Source: Patescibacteria group bacterium UBA6532
GTDB taxonomy: Bacteria; Patescibacteriota; Minisyncoccia; Minisyncoccales; UBA6532
Direction of reading: 5' to 3'
Length of the DNA stretch: 60,167 nt
Assembly (NCBI GenBank): GCA_002434805.1
Contig: DJKW01000001.1
Span: 87,985 to 148,151, forward strand
This document shows positions 46,076-55,452 of this stretch, piece by piece. A program made the translations under genes and the position numbers. The notes below the pieces were generated by a model. That model ran no database searches. It saw nothing but the letters and a program-made list of their open reading frames with translations, and was not told the origin of the DNA. The number at the start of each line of letters is the position of its first letter. Positions within the stretch are counted from its first letter, which is position 1.

Positions 46076-46705
46076 TTACTTCAAAAATGTTTCTTCTATC
46101 ACTTTTATCGAATCTTTTGGTATGAGCAAATATTTAAAAGAAAGTAAGTCCAAAATATTCAAATCCTTAGCTTGGATTGTTTTCAATTTTGGTAAATTTC
46201 TGGCAGATAAAATCGTATTCTTCTCCATTTTAGATAAAACAATCAAAGCTTTGTTGTCTTTGCAAGGAAGCTTTTTTAAAATCTCTGCCATAGCTTTTGT
46301 CTTCGCTTTCTCTATATTTAACTTATCTAACAATATTAATAGATTATTTTTTGCTTTAGCCGACAAAACTATAAACAAGGCTTTTCTCTTCATCTTTGTC
46401 GGAATTGTTTTCTTGAAAACCCTTTCTTTGGTTGGCCCGAAAGTTACTCCTCCTCCTCGCCAGATTGGAGACCTTATGGAACCGTGCCTTGCCCTGCCCG
46501 TCCCTTTTTGGCGCCAAGGCTTTTTACCTCCACCACGAACCTCAGCCCTTCCTTTAGTATGAGCAATAATTCTTCTGCGGTTTGCCATTTGGGAAACCGC
46601 TACCTGATGGACTAAGTCAGAATTCATCTTCACGCCAAAAATCCCAGAGGGCAACCTCGTTTGTCCAATGTTTTCTCCTTTTTGGTTGTACATTTTAACA
46701 AGCAT
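46076..46705 (-). CDS. rplD: 50S ribosomal protein uL4
   Basis: GGGKKPWRQKGTGRARHGSIRSP.WRGGG. Confidence 0.98.
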   Translation of the reverse strand: MLVKMYNQKGENIGQTRLPSGIFGVKMNSDLVHQVAVSQMANRRRIIAHTKGRAEVRGGGKKPWRQKGTGRARHGSIRSPIWRGGGVTFGPTKERVFKKTIPTKMKRKALFIVLSAKAKNNLLILLDKLNIEKAKTKAMAEILKKLPCKDNKALIVLSKMEKNTILSARNLPKLKTIQAKDLNILDLLSFKYLLIPKDSIKVIEETFLK

Positions 46706-46713
46706 AATATTGT

Positions 46714-47334
46714 TTATCCTCTGATTTCCAGTAAGATTCCTTTAGCTCCAGGTATAGCTCCTTTAACCGCTAAAACATTGTTTTCAAGATCAACTTTCAT
46801 TACTTTTAGATTTTTAACCGTAACTCTTTCAGAACCCATTCTTCCTGGCATTTTCCTTCCCTTAATGACCCTTTGGGGAAACCTCCCTCCTGTAGATCCC
46901 GGAGTCCTTAATTCATGCTTTGTTCCGTGGGTAGCCGGCCTACCGGCAAAATGCCATCTTTTAACCACTCCTTGAAACCCTTTTCCTTTGGATAATCCTG
47001 AAACTTTGATCAAATCTCTTTCTTTAAAAACCGAGACGTCTATTTTATCCCCTAATTTTAATTCCTTATCATTAATTTTAAGTTCTTCATTCTTAAACTC
47101 TCTCAAAAAGACTAATTTTTCTATCTTTGCTTTCTTTAAATGTCCTTTTAAAGCCAGGCTTACTTTTTTTGCATTGCCAAATCCGATTTGGATTGAATTA
47201 TATTTATCTTTTTCTTTGGTTTTTATCTGGGTAACAAAACAAGGGCCAGCCTCAATCAAGGTTATTGGAATAACTTTGCCTTTTTCATCAAAAATCTGTG
47301 ACATTCCTAATTTTAAGCCTAAGATAAACTTCAT
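46714..47334 (-). CDS. rplC: 50S ribosomal protein uL3
   Basis: KLGMSQ, KGKGFQG.VKRW, MPGRMG; ATG start with SD GGAGG 5 nt upstream. Confidence 0.98.
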   Translation of the reverse strand: MKFILGLKLGMSQIFDEKGKVIPITLIEAGPCFVTQIKTKEKDKYNSIQIGFGNAKKVSLALKGHLKKAKIEKLVFLREFKNEELKINDKELKLGDKIDVSVFKERDLIKVSGLSKGKGFQGVVKRWHFAGRPATHGTKHELRTPGSTGGRFPQRVIKGRKMPGRMGSERVTVKNLKVMKVDLENNVLAVKGAIPGAKGILLEIRG

Positions 47335-47362
47335 AAATTCCTCCAAATAATTTCTCTAATGA

Positions 47363-47402
47363 AATACCGGGCAACTAACCCGGTATCACAAAAGATAGTT
47401 GC
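47363..47402 (-). promoter_or_regulatory. structured intergenic element (hairpin or possible pseudoknot) between rpsJ and rplC
   Basis: AUACCGGG-UUAGUUG-CCCGGUAU hairpin; upstream GCAACUA is complementary to the loop; no U tract. Confidence 0.5.
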
Positions 47403-47455
47403 TTGTTTAATAAATTCTTAATTTAAGATTATATATTTATTCATTGGCAATGTTT

Positions 47456-47797
47456 TTACATTTTAATCTCAATGTCTACGCCGGCCGGCAAGGTCAAGTT
47501 AGTCAAGGCATCAATCACTCGCGATGTCGGATTTTTAATCTCAATCAATCTCTTGTGGACCCGCATCTCAAACTGCTCTCTGGCGTCTTTATGAACAAAA
47601 GTCGATCTATTGACGGTGTATTTACGAATTTCAGTAGGCAAAGGAACAGGACCTAAAACTTCAGATCCAAAACGCAAAGCCGTTTCCACAATCTGTCGAG
47701 CGGAATTATCAATCACTTTATGATCGTAAGCTCGTAATTTTATCCTTAATTTGGACTTAAATTCAGTTTCGCTCTTTGCGGCCTTTTTTGTCGGCAT
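47456..47797 (-). CDS. rpsJ: 30S ribosomal protein uS10
   Basis: [28 protein letters not shown]. Confidence 0.98.
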   Translation of the reverse strand: MPTKKAAKSETEFKSKLRIKLRAYDHKVIDNSARQIVETALRFGSEVLGPVPLPTEIRKYTVNRSTFVHKDAREQFEMRVHKRLIEIKNPTSRVIDALTNLTLPAGVDIEIKM

Positions 47798-47818
47798 ATT
47801 AAAAGAACTTTATTTAAA

Positions 47819-49018
47819 TCATTTAATGATTTTTGTAATTACACCAGCTCCAACTGTTTTTCCACCCTCTCTGATGGCAAATCTCTGCTTTTCTTCTAAG
47901 GCAACAGGACCTATTAATTTTATCGTCAAATTAACAGTATCGCCTGGCATTACCATTTCTGTGCCTTTAGGTAAAATTACATCTCCGGTAACATCAGTGG
48001 TTCGAATGTAAAACTGGGGTTTGTATCCGGTAAAGAAAGGAGTGTGTCGTCCTCCTTCTTCTTTGGCTAAAACGTAAACCTCGGCTTCAAATTCAGTATG
48101 AGGTGTGATGGAACCGGGTTTAGCTAAAACCTGTCCCCTTTCAACTTCTTCTTTCTTCACTCCTCGAAGCAAAACTCCAACATTATCTCCTGCTCTTCCC
48201 TCGTCTAATATCTTATTAAACATTTCAATGCTTACCGCAGTGGTTTTAGCCGTAGGTCGGAGTCCAACTAATTCTACTTCTTCATTTGACTTGACCACTC
48301 CTCTGTCAATTCTGCCTGTTGCCACCGTTCCCCTTCCTTCAATAGTAAAGACGTCCTCTATGGCCATTAAGAATGGTTTATCAACTTCTCTGACGGGCTC
48401 TGGTATGAATTCATCCAAAGCTTTAACAAGCTCTAAAATAGGCTTGGCTGCTTCGTCATCCCCTGACTTTGTCTCTAAAGCTTTTAAGGCAGAACCTTTG
48501 ATAACCGGAGTTTTATCTCCTGGATAATCGTATTTCTTTAAAAGCTCTCTCACTTCTGACTCAACAAGGGTTATCATTTCTGGATCATCTACCATATCAA
48601 CTTTATTTAAAAATACAACTACTGATGGCAAGCCAACCTGTCTAGCTAACAAGATGTGTTCCCTAGTTTGTGGCATTGGACCGTCTGGAGCTGAAACTAC
48701 TAAAATAGCACCGTCCATTTGGGCAGCTCCTGTAATCATGTTTTTAATATAGTCAGCGTGACCTGGAGCGTCAATATGAGCATAATGCCGCTTTTCGCTT
48801 TCATACTCCAAGTGAGAAACGGAAATAGTTAATCCTCGAGCTTTCTCTTCTGGAGCAGAATCAATCTCGTCAATGCTTTTATCCATTACCTTTAACCCCT
48901 TCAATTTCAAAACATGAAGGATGGCGGCAGTAAGAGTGGTTTTCCCGTGGTCAACGTGACCGATGGTACCAACATTGACATGAGGTTTCACTCTCTCAAA
49001 TTTTTCTTTCTCAGCCAT
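47819..49018 (-). CDS. tuf: elongation factor Tu
   Basis: [38 protein letters not shown]. Confidence 0.99.
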   Translation of the reverse strand: MAEKEKFERVKPHVNVGTIGHVDHGKTTLTAAILHVLKLKGLKVMDKSIDEIDSAPEEKARGLTISVSHLEYESEKRHYAHIDAPGHADYIKNMITGAAQMDGAILVVSAPDGPMPQTREHILLARQVGLPSVVVFLNKVDMVDDPEMITLVESEVRELLKKYDYPGDKTPVIKGSALKALETKSGDDEAAKPILELVKALDEFIPEPVREVDKPFLMAIEDVFTIEGRGTVATGRIDRGVVKSNEEVELVGLRPTAKTTAVSIEMFNKILDEGRAGDNVGVLLRGVKKEEVERGQVLAKPGSITPHTEFEAEVYVLAKEEGGRHTPFFTGYKPQFYIRTTDVTGDVILPKGTEMVMPGDTVNLTIKLIGPVALEEKQRFAIREGGKTVGAGVITKIIK

Positions 49019-49135
49019 AATCTAACTTTTTAGCTTACTGAATTTTAGCTTATTAGCTTTTTAAAAAAATTTCCTAAAAAGATAAGAAACTATTCTTCAA
49101 TAAACTCTTTTGGTTATCTTTTATATATATTATAT

Positions 49136-49163
49136 ATTATATTTAATTTCAAAATAAAGTCAA
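49136..49163 (-). promoter_or_regulatory. internal sigma70 promoter for tuf
   Basis: TTGACT-16 nt-TATAAT in the 158-nt gap before tuf. Confidence 0.55.
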
Positions 49164-49176
49164 CCTTATACTAGCA

Positions 49177-49392
49177 TTAAACAGGAAGGTCTTCAAGCGT
49201 CAGTTCTTCTGTTGGCTTTTTGTCTTTAGATGCTTTATTCTTTTCTTCTGTCTTTGGATCAAGAGAAGGTTTTTTCAGCTTTGCTTTATAATCCTCAAAA
49301 CTCATTATCACTAATGTTGGTTCTCCGTCTTCAACAATGATAATTTTTCCTCCGTCAGCTTTAATTATTTCTTTGATTTCTTCTAAATTCAT
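49177..49392 (-). CDS. small Phd/YefM-like protein with an acidic-hydrophobic C-terminal tip
   Basis: IIIVEDGEPTLVIMSFEDY resembles the Phd/YefM beta-hairpin-helix; 1-nt gap after the fusA stop. Confidence 0.65.
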   Translation of the reverse strand: MNLEEIKEIIKADGGKIIIVEDGEPTLVIMSFEDYKAKLKKPSLDPKTEEKNKASKDKKPTEELTLEDLPV

Positions 49393-49393
49393 A

Positions 49394-51499
49394 TTATTTT
49401 AATTTACCTTCAATAATTTCTTGAGCAATATTATTGGGCACTTCTTCATAACGGTCAAATTCCATGGTAAATGTTCCTCTTCCTTCTGTCATGCTTCTCA
49501 AAGCGGTAGCGTAGCCAAACATCTGAGCTAGAGGAACTTTAACCTCAATAACTTTCATTTTAATCCGATCTTTGGTTTCTTCAACCTTGCCACGCCTGGC
49601 TGAAAGATCGCCAATAGTATCTCCGAAGAATTCTGACGGGATTACTACTTCTAACTTCATTATTGGTTCCAATAAAACTGGTTTTGCTCTTTTTGAAGCA
49701 GCTTGCAAGGCTTTGGAACCTGCAATCTTAAAAGCAACTTCTGAAGAATCTACATCATGATATGAACCGTCATAAAGGGTTACCTCTATATCAACCATTG
49801 GATAGCCAGCGACAACACCCTTGTCCAGAGCTTCTTTTACTCCTTTTTTAACAGCGGGAATAAATTCTTTAGGAATAGAGCCTCCTTTAATTTCATCAAT
49901 AAACTTAAATCCTTCTCCTCGTTTTTTAGGATTAATTCGCAGCCAAACATGCCCGTATTGTCCCCGGCCGCCAGACTGTTTGATATACTTGCCTTCAGCT
50001 TCAGCTTCCTCTAATATTGTTTCTTTATAAGCTACTTGCGGCCTTCCAATACTAGCTTCCACTTTAAATTCCCTTCTCATTCTATCAGTAATTATGTCTA
50101 AATGTAATTCTCCCATACCGGAAATTATTGTTTCTCCTGTCTCAATATCGCTTTTTATCCTAAAAGTTGGGTCTTCTTCAGCTAATTTCTTTAAGGATAA
50201 TCCCATCTTTTCCTGATCAGCTTTAGTTTTAGGCTCTATCCTGATAGAAATAACAGGCTCAGGAAAGGTAATTTTTTCCAGTAAAATTGGATGTTCTTCG
50301 TCGCAAAGAGTATGGCCGGTAGAAGTAGATTTAAAACCAACGCTAGCGGCAATATCTCCGGCAAAAAGCTCTTCTACTTCTTCACGCTCTTGGGCATGCA
50401 TCCTTAAAATTCGGCCCACCCTTTCTTTTTCGCCTGAAGTTGAGTTTAATAAATAAGAACCTTTTGTTAATTGACCGGAATAAACTCTAAAATAGGTTAA
50501 GCTGCCAACATAAGAATCAGTGGCAATTTTAAAAGCCAAACCGGAAAAATGCTCTTTATCGTCAGCCTTTCTTTCAATTTCTTTTCCGGTTTTTGGATCA
50601 GTCCCCTTAATTGGAGGAAGATCAACAGGGTTGGGAAGATAATGAACTACTCCGTCTAAAACAAGCTGAACCCCCTTATTTTTAAGAGCTGATCCGCAAA
50701 ATACGGGAATTAATTTATAATTTATAGTTGCTTTTCTTAATATTTCTTTTAACTCAGGAACTAAAATTTCTTTGCCGGCCAGATATTTCTCTAATATTTT
50801 TTCGTCTTCAGCTACAATCTTTTCCACTAATTTATTTCTCCACTCTTTGGCCTTTTCCAATAAATCAGAAGGGATTTCTTCTTCTTTGATAATCTGGCCA
50901 AAGTCTCCGTCAAATTTCAAAGCCTTCATGGCTAAAAGATCAATCACTCCCTCAAATTTATCTTCAGCTCCAATGGGTAATTGAAGAGCTATGGCATTAG
51001 GGCTAAGTTTCTCTAAAATAGACTTAAAACTTTTTTCAAAATCAGCGCCCATTCTGTCCATTTTATTAATAAAACAAATCCTGGGAACCTTGAATCTGTC
51101 AGCTTGATACCAAACTGTTTCTGATTGAGGCTCAACGCCGGCTACTCCGTCAAAAACAACTACGGCTCCGTCTAAAACCCTTAAAGATCTTTGGACTTCG
51201 GCTGTAAAATCTATGTGGCCTGGAGTATCAATAATATTTATTTGATATTCATTGGCTTTATCTCGAGACAAGCCTTGGGGTATCCAAAAAGAAGTGGTGG
51301 CTGCAGCTGTAATGGTAATTCCCCTCTCTCTTTCCTGCTCCATCCAGTCCATGATTGCTTTCCCGTCATGCACTTCTCCAATTTTGTGGGAAATTCCAGT
51401 GTAAAATAAAACTCGCTCGGTCATTGTTGTTTTACCAGCATCAATATGAGCGATAATTCCAATATTACGATAACGTTCAATAGGATATTTTCTTGGCAT
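49394..51499 (-). CDS. fusA: elongation factor G
   Basis: [44 protein letters not shown]. Confidence 0.99.
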   Translation of the reverse strand: MPRKYPIERYRNIGIIAHIDAGKTTMTERVLFYTGISHKIGEVHDGKAIMDWMEQERERGITITAAATTSFWIPQGLSRDKANEYQINIIDTPGHIDFTAEVQRSLRVLDGAVVVFDGVAGVEPQSETVWYQADRFKVPRICFINKMDRMGADFEKSFKSILEKLSPNAIALQLPIGAEDKFEGVIDLLAMKALKFDGDFGQIIKEEEIPSDLLEKAKEWRNKLVEKIVAEDEKILEKYLAGKEILVPELKEILRKATINYKLIPVFCGSALKNKGVQLVLDGVVHYLPNPVDLPPIKGTDPKTGKEIERKADDKEHFSGLAFKIATDSYVGSLTYFRVYSGQLTKGSYLLNSTSGEKERVGRILRMHAQEREEVEELFAGDIAASVGFKSTSTGHTLCDEEHPILLEKITFPEPVISIRIEPKTKADQEKMGLSLKKLAEEDPTFRIKSDIETGETIISGMGELHLDIITDRMRREFKVEASIGRPQVAYKETILEEAEAEGKYIKQSGGRGQYGHVWLRINPKKRGEGFKFIDEIKGGSIPKEFIPAVKKGVKEALDKGVVAGYPMVDIEVTLYDGSYHDVDSSEVAFKIAGSKALQAASKRAKPVLLEPIMKLEVVIPSEFFGDTIGDLSARRGKVEETKDRIKMKVIEVKVPLAQMFGYATALRSMTEGRGTFTMEFDRYEEVPNNIAQEIIEGKLK

Positions 51500-51517
51500 A
51501 ATGTGTTTATTAATCCC

Positions 51518-51985
51518 TTACCAGGAAAAATGGGCAAAAGCCCGGTTGGCTTCAGCCATTCGGTGGGTATTTTCTTTCTTTCTCACCGCTCCTCCTGTAT
51601 TTTTTGAAGCGTCAATCAGCTCGTCAGCCAGCTTTACCTTCATTGGTTTTCCTTTTTTAGTCTTTGAGGCATCAATTAACCAACGAATAGCCAGGCTTAT
51701 TTTCCTCTTGCTGTTTACCGGAGTGGGAACCTGATAAGTTGCCCCTCCCACCCTTTTTGATTTTACTTCCAATAAGGGTGAAACATTTTCAATAGCTAAT
51801 TCAAAAACCTCTAAGGGTTCTTTTTTTGTTTTTTCTTTGATTATATCAAAAGCACCGTAGAGAATCTTCCTTACTATGGTTTTCTTGCCCTTTTTCATTA
51901 ACTGATTGATAAACTTAGAAACGAGTGTGCTGTTGTAAATGAGGTCAGGCTGAATATTATCTTGTTGTCTCTTTTTTTGATCCAT
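51518..51985 (-). CDS. rpsG: 30S ribosomal protein uS7
   Basis: [23 protein letters not shown]. Confidence 0.98.
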   Translation of the reverse strand: MDQKKRQQDNIQPDLIYNSTLVSKFINQLMKKGKKTIVRKILYGAFDIIKEKTKKEPLEVFELAIENVSPLLEVKSKRVGGATYQVPTPVNSKRKISLAIRWLIDASKTKKGKPMKVKLADELIDASKNTGGAVRKKENTHRMAEANRAFAHFSW

Positions 51986-51987
51986 AA

Positions 51988-52398
51988 TTATTTTTTTCGT
52001 TTGGTTCCGTATTTTGATCTCTCTCGCTTTCGACCCTCAACTCCCCCTGTGTCTAAGACTCCTCTTACAATATGGTATCTCACTCCAGGCAAATCTTTTA
52101 CTCTTCCGCCCCGGATTATAACAACGGAGTGCTCTTGCAAATTGTGGCCCTCGCCGGGGATATAAGCTGTCACCTCCATTCCGTTGGTAAGCCGGACTCT
52201 GGCTACCTTTCTTAGGGCGGAATTCGGTTTCTTGGGAGTAGTCGTAAAAACTTTTAAACAAACTCCTCTTTTAAAAGGGGAAGAATATTCTTTCGACCGG
52301 TTCTTTAAAACATTAAAACCAAAAGCCAAAGCCGGTGACTTCGTCTTTTTTTTTGCTTTCTTCCTCCCTTTTTTCATTAATTGATGAATGGTCGGCAT
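51988..52398 (-). CDS. rpsL: 30S ribosomal protein uS12
   Basis: [31 protein letters not shown]. Confidence 0.99.
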   Translation of the reverse strand: MPTIHQLMKKGRKKAKKKTKSPALAFGFNVLKNRSKEYSSPFKRGVCLKVFTTTPKKPNSALRKVARVRLTNGMEVTAYIPGEGHNLQEHSVVIIRGGRVKDLPGVRYHIVRGVLDTGGVEGRKRERSKYGTKRKK

Positions 52399-52436
52399 AT
52401 ATAAAAATAATTAAGCGCTAAGCGCTTTCAATAATA

Positions 52437-52465
52437 AATTTAACAGATTAAAAAATTAATGTCAA
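52437..52465 (-). promoter_or_regulatory. sigma70 promoter of the str operon
   Basis: TTGACA-17 nt-TAAATT with extended TG; small AAGCGC-TTA-GCGCTT hairpin in the leader. Confidence 0.7.
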
Positions 52466-52466
52466 C

Positions 52467-53096
52467 TTAAATAATAAGAGGCTGGCCGGTGATTAGATAA
52501 TAAAGAATGAATACTCCTATAAAAACCCATTGTAGGCCATAAATGATGAAAAAAATCAGAATGAAAAGTCCGTATTGAGAAAGGGCTTCTTTTAATTTCC
52601 AGAATTTTTCCGGCAAAAGGGAAAAAAGGAGATGGGAGCCGTCCAAAGGCGGAATAGGAATTAAGTTAAAAATAGCCAATAAAAGATTTAAAATAACAAT
52701 AATGCTGAAAATTGATAGAACAGGAACTGGTAAGGGAAGAAATCTGATGAGAAGGCCGAAAAAGAGGGCTAAGAGAAAATTTGATCCCGGGCCGGCCAGA
52801 GCTACCTTAACATTATCCCACCTTGCATCTTTAAAATTATATGGATTGATGGGAACTGGCTTTGCCCAGCCTAAAATAATTGTTGGTGCTCCAAGAAGAA
52901 TAGGAATAGCTAAAATCAGCGGCAAGATAATTGAACCGAAAGGATCAATGTGCGGAATCGGGTTTAAGGTAAGACGGCCGGCATACTTTGCTGTCGGATC
53001 TCCCAAAGCATAGGCCACGCTTCCATGAGAAACCTCATGAATAATTATAGAAAAAAGCAATATAGCAAAATAGAAAATGATTTCAATAATTGGCAT
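52467..53096 (-). CDS. site-2 protease family (M50, YwhC-like)
   Basis: HEVSH, GDPTA..GRLTLNP, ALAGP.SN, NLIPIPPLDG. Confidence 0.93.
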   Translation of the reverse strand: MPIIEIIFYFAILLFSIIIHEVSHGSVAYALGDPTAKYAGRLTLNPIPHIDPFGSIILPLILAIPILLGAPTIILGWAKPVPINPYNFKDARWDNVKVALAGPGSNFLLALFFGLLIRFLPLPVPVLSIFSIIVILNLLLAIFNLIPIPPLDGSHLLFSLLPEKFWKLKEALSQYGLFILIFFIIYGLQWVFIGVFILYYLITGQPLII

Positions 53097-53123
53097 AATT
53101 TAGTGATTTTACTATAACACGGC

Positions 53124-53152
53124 TTGCCCGCAAGCAAAAACTTTGATAAGAT
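53124..53152 (+). promoter_or_regulatory. sigma70 promoter of rpmB-tRNA-Pro, leaderless geometry
   Basis: TTGCCC-17 nt-TAAGAT with extended TG, 7 nt before the ATG. Confidence 0.55.
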
Positions 53153-53159
53153 AACTCAT

Positions 53160-53351
53160 ATGGCAAAACAATGCGCAATCTGCGAAAAAAAAGGAATAAT
53201 GAGCTGGCGCTTAAAAAAGCTTAGAGGAAAATACAATCCTACTATTAAAACAAGAAAACAACCCAATCTTCAATGGGTCCGTTTAATTGATTCTGGAAAA
53301 AAAGTTCGGGCCTGCGCAAAATGCATCAAAGCGATGGGAAAAGTAAAATGA
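53160..53351 (+). CDS. rpmB: 50S ribosomal protein bL28, zinc-binding
   Basis: MAKQCAIC..R.QPNLQ..CAKCIK; ATG start chosen. Confidence 0.9.
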   Translation: MAKQCAICEKKGIMSWRLKKLRGKYNPTIKTRKQPNLQWVRLIDSGKKVRACAKCIKAMGKVK

Positions 53352-53354
53352 CAG

Positions 53355-53430
53355 CGGGGCATAGTGTAATGGCCAACATGCGCCCATGGGGTGGGTGTGA
53401 TTCTGGGTTCGAGTCCCAGTGCCCCGACCA
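53355..53430 (+). tRNA. tRNA-Pro(GGG)
   Basis: CGGGGCA acceptor, CGCCC-ATGGGGT-GGGTG arm, TTCGAGT, encoded CCA. Confidence 0.93.
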
Positions 53431-53449
53431 ACTACTAACTAGGCTTAAT

Positions 53450-54637
53450 TTAATTTTCCACAACTAGTCCCAGATTAGTTGTAAGGTACTCTTTTGTCTC
53501 AACTTTCTTTAATCCTTTAGCGATAAGTTCTTTAATATCTAATTTGCTCTCTATCTTTTTAATTTCTTTTAACCTTGATTTGGTTTTCGGGTGTTTTGGT
53601 ATAAAAAGCTGGCAGCAGTCTTGGTCAGGAATAATAGAAATACTATATGTATCAATTTCTTTGGCTTGGGAAATAATCTCTTCCTTGTCCATGCCGATTA
53701 ACGGCCTAAAAATAGGCAAAGAAGAAGCATCCTCTATTACTGCTAAATTCTCTAATGTTTGGGAGGCAACTTGACCGAGGCTTTCTCCGGTTATTAAAGC
53801 TTTAGCCTCTTCTTTTTCAGCGATCTGCTCGGCAATTTTAATCATTAATCGTCTATAGATTAAAACTCGGTAAGGGGCAGGAATATTAAGCATAACTTCG
53901 CGTTGAATGTCGCCAAAGGGAACTAAATAAAGGCGAGAAGAATATTGATATTTATTTAAAACCTTAACTAATTCCTTAACTTTATCTTGGGAAGCTCGGC
54001 TCAAATAGGGATAGCTGTGAAAATGAACAAATGTAACTTGAGATCCCCTTTTCATCATTCGCCAAGAAGCGACTGGAGAATCAATGCCCCCAGACAATAA
54101 GCTTACCATTTTGCCGCTAACGCCGACCGGCAATCCTCCCGGCCCCTTAATCTTTTGGAAATAGAATAGAATTTCTTTTGAGAGGACTTCTATAAAAACA
54201 ATGAATTCGGGCTCTTTAAGATTAACTTTGGCTTTGCTTGTCTTTCTGATAAAATCTCCGATCTTTCGGTTGAGATCTTCTGAATTCAAGGAAAATTCTT
54301 TATTGGCCCTCTTAGAAGTAATCCTAAAGCTTTTAAAGCTCTTTTTGCTGATTTCTTTTTTCAACCCTATTTTTAATTTCTTTAAATCAAGGGAAGTTGT
54401 AAAAACCAAAGAAAAATTGGCTATGCCAAAAACGGTTTTCAGCTTGCCTCTTATTAAATCCCAGTTTCCATCTAAATTGCCAAAGTAAAGAAAAATCCTG
54501 CTTTCTTTGTGTATAATCTTTTCTAATCCCAAGCCCTTTAAGGATAATTTAATATTATCTTTTAATTTTGCCACAAAAATGGGGCGGTTTCTCCCCTTTA
54601 AAGCAATTTCGTGATAGTGAACTAAAACAATTTTCAT
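53450..54637 (-). CDS. thiI: tRNA 4-thiouridine(8) synthase ThiI, no rhodanese domain
   Basis: EIALKGRNR, THUMP domain, LLSGGIDSPVA, TGESLGQVASQT, DCC. Confidence 0.96.
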   Translation of the reverse strand: MKIVLVHYHEIALKGRNRPIFVAKLKDNIKLSLKGLGLEKIIHKESRIFLYFGNLDGNWDLIRGKLKTVFGIANFSLVFTTSLDLKKLKIGLKKEISKKSFKSFRITSKRANKEFSLNSEDLNRKIGDFIRKTSKAKVNLKEPEFIVFIEVLSKEILFYFQKIKGPGGLPVGVSGKMVSLLSGGIDSPVASWRMMKRGSQVTFVHFHSYPYLSRASQDKVKELVKVLNKYQYSSRLYLVPFGDIQREVMLNIPAPYRVLIYRRLMIKIAEQIAEKEEAKALITGESLGQVASQTLENLAVIEDASSLPIFRPLIGMDKEEIISQAKEIDTYSISIIPDQDCCQLFIPKHPKTKSRLKEIKKIESKLDIKELIAKGLKKVETKEYLTTNLGLVVEN

Positions 54638-54650
54638 AATAAAGTCTCTC

Positions 54651-54684
54651 AAAAACGCCCTTCTATGAATTTAAGGGCGCTTTT
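54651..54684 (-). terminator. intrinsic terminator of the 6S-like RNA
   Basis: GCGCCCTT-loop-AAGGGCGT followed by a T run on the minus strand. Confidence 0.75.
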
Positions 54685-54687
54685 GTT

Positions 54688-54826
54688 GGGTCCTACATAT
54701 CTTACCTAGAGATTTTTCTGCAAAATACTAAGTGGGTGCCCGCATGACTAGCCCACGAGCCAATCATATGTAAGGCTCCCTTTAAAAGATAATCGCAGAA
54801 TCAACTAGAAAGCTCTAGCAGGACCC
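54688..54826 (-). ncRNA. ssrS: probable 6S RNA, compact (about 139 nt)
   Basis: Ends pair (GGGUCCUGC/GUAGGACCC); UUCUGCGA/UUGCAGAA stem; central bubble flanked by GGGAGCC and GGCACCCAC; own promoter and terminator. Confidence 0.72.
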
Positions 54827-54833
54827 TTATATT

Positions 54834-54842
54834 ATTATATCA
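54834..54842 (-). promoter_or_regulatory. extended -10 promoter of the 6S-like RNA
   Basis: TGaTATAAT 7 nt upstream of the first paired G. Confidence 0.7.
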
Positions 54843-54846
54843 CAAA

Positions 54847-55443
54847 TTAAAACATTATATCCTCTTCCGCCCTCTTGTAGTCGTGAATCTCTTCTGGAGC
54901 AAACCAAAAGTTAATCTCGTGCTCAGCTTCCTCTGGGCTTTCGGAAGCGTGGATTATATTATGAATACTGCGCTTGTCTCTATTGGCGGCCGTAGCATCA
55001 TCTACTGAAAAATCACCCCTAATGGTTCCCATTTCTGCTTGGCCGGGCATGGTGGAGCCAACTATCTTTCTCACCATATTTACAGCGTGAATCCCGCTGA
55101 CCACCATTTTAACCATGGGGCCTGAAGTCATATAATCTAAGAGCCAGCTCCTAACCGCCTTTCCTATCTCAGTGGGATCTGCTGTTCCAAACTCTTTCTT
55201 GTCTTTAGAATCAATGCCGTATTCTTCATAGTTCTTTAGGGTTTTACTTCCCAATCTCTTAATCCATTTCTCATCTTTTGGATAGTGATCGTCTATTTGT
55301 TTTTTAGATGGCTGGAACATTTCTAAAGCGATTATTTTCAATCCCCTTTTCTCAATCCTAGAAACTATCTCGCCAACCAAACCCCGCTTTACTCCGTCGG
55401 GCTTAATTATAATAACTGTTTTTTCTTCTTTGGGATGCATCAT
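54847..55443 (-). CDS. ndk: nucleoside-diphosphate kinase, long-insertion type
   Basis: IIKPDGVKRGLVGEI, YMTSGP, GTIRGDF, NIIHASES. Confidence 0.96.
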   Translation of the reverse strand: MMHPKEEKTVIIIKPDGVKRGLVGEIVSRIEKRGLKIIALEMFQPSKKQIDDHYPKDEKWIKRLGSKTLKNYEEYGIDSKDKKEFGTADPTEIGKAVRSWLLDYMTSGPMVKMVVSGIHAVNMVRKIVGSTMPGQAEMGTIRGDFSVDDATAANRDKRSIHNIIHASESPEEAEHEINFWFAPEEIHDYKRAEEDIMF

Positions 55444-55452
55444 ATATTATAT

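Noticed and set aside
49025..49125. Short TTAGCT repeats and an AAAAGATAA/TTATCTTTT inverted repeat in the tuf leader
   Set aside because: Short and AT-rich, so they cannot be distinguished from chance without comparative data.
54688..54826. TPP riboswitch, T-box or SRP RNA upstream of thiI
   Set aside because: No CUGAGA, no T-box UGGnACC and no SRP domain-IV motif; 6S-type features fit better.
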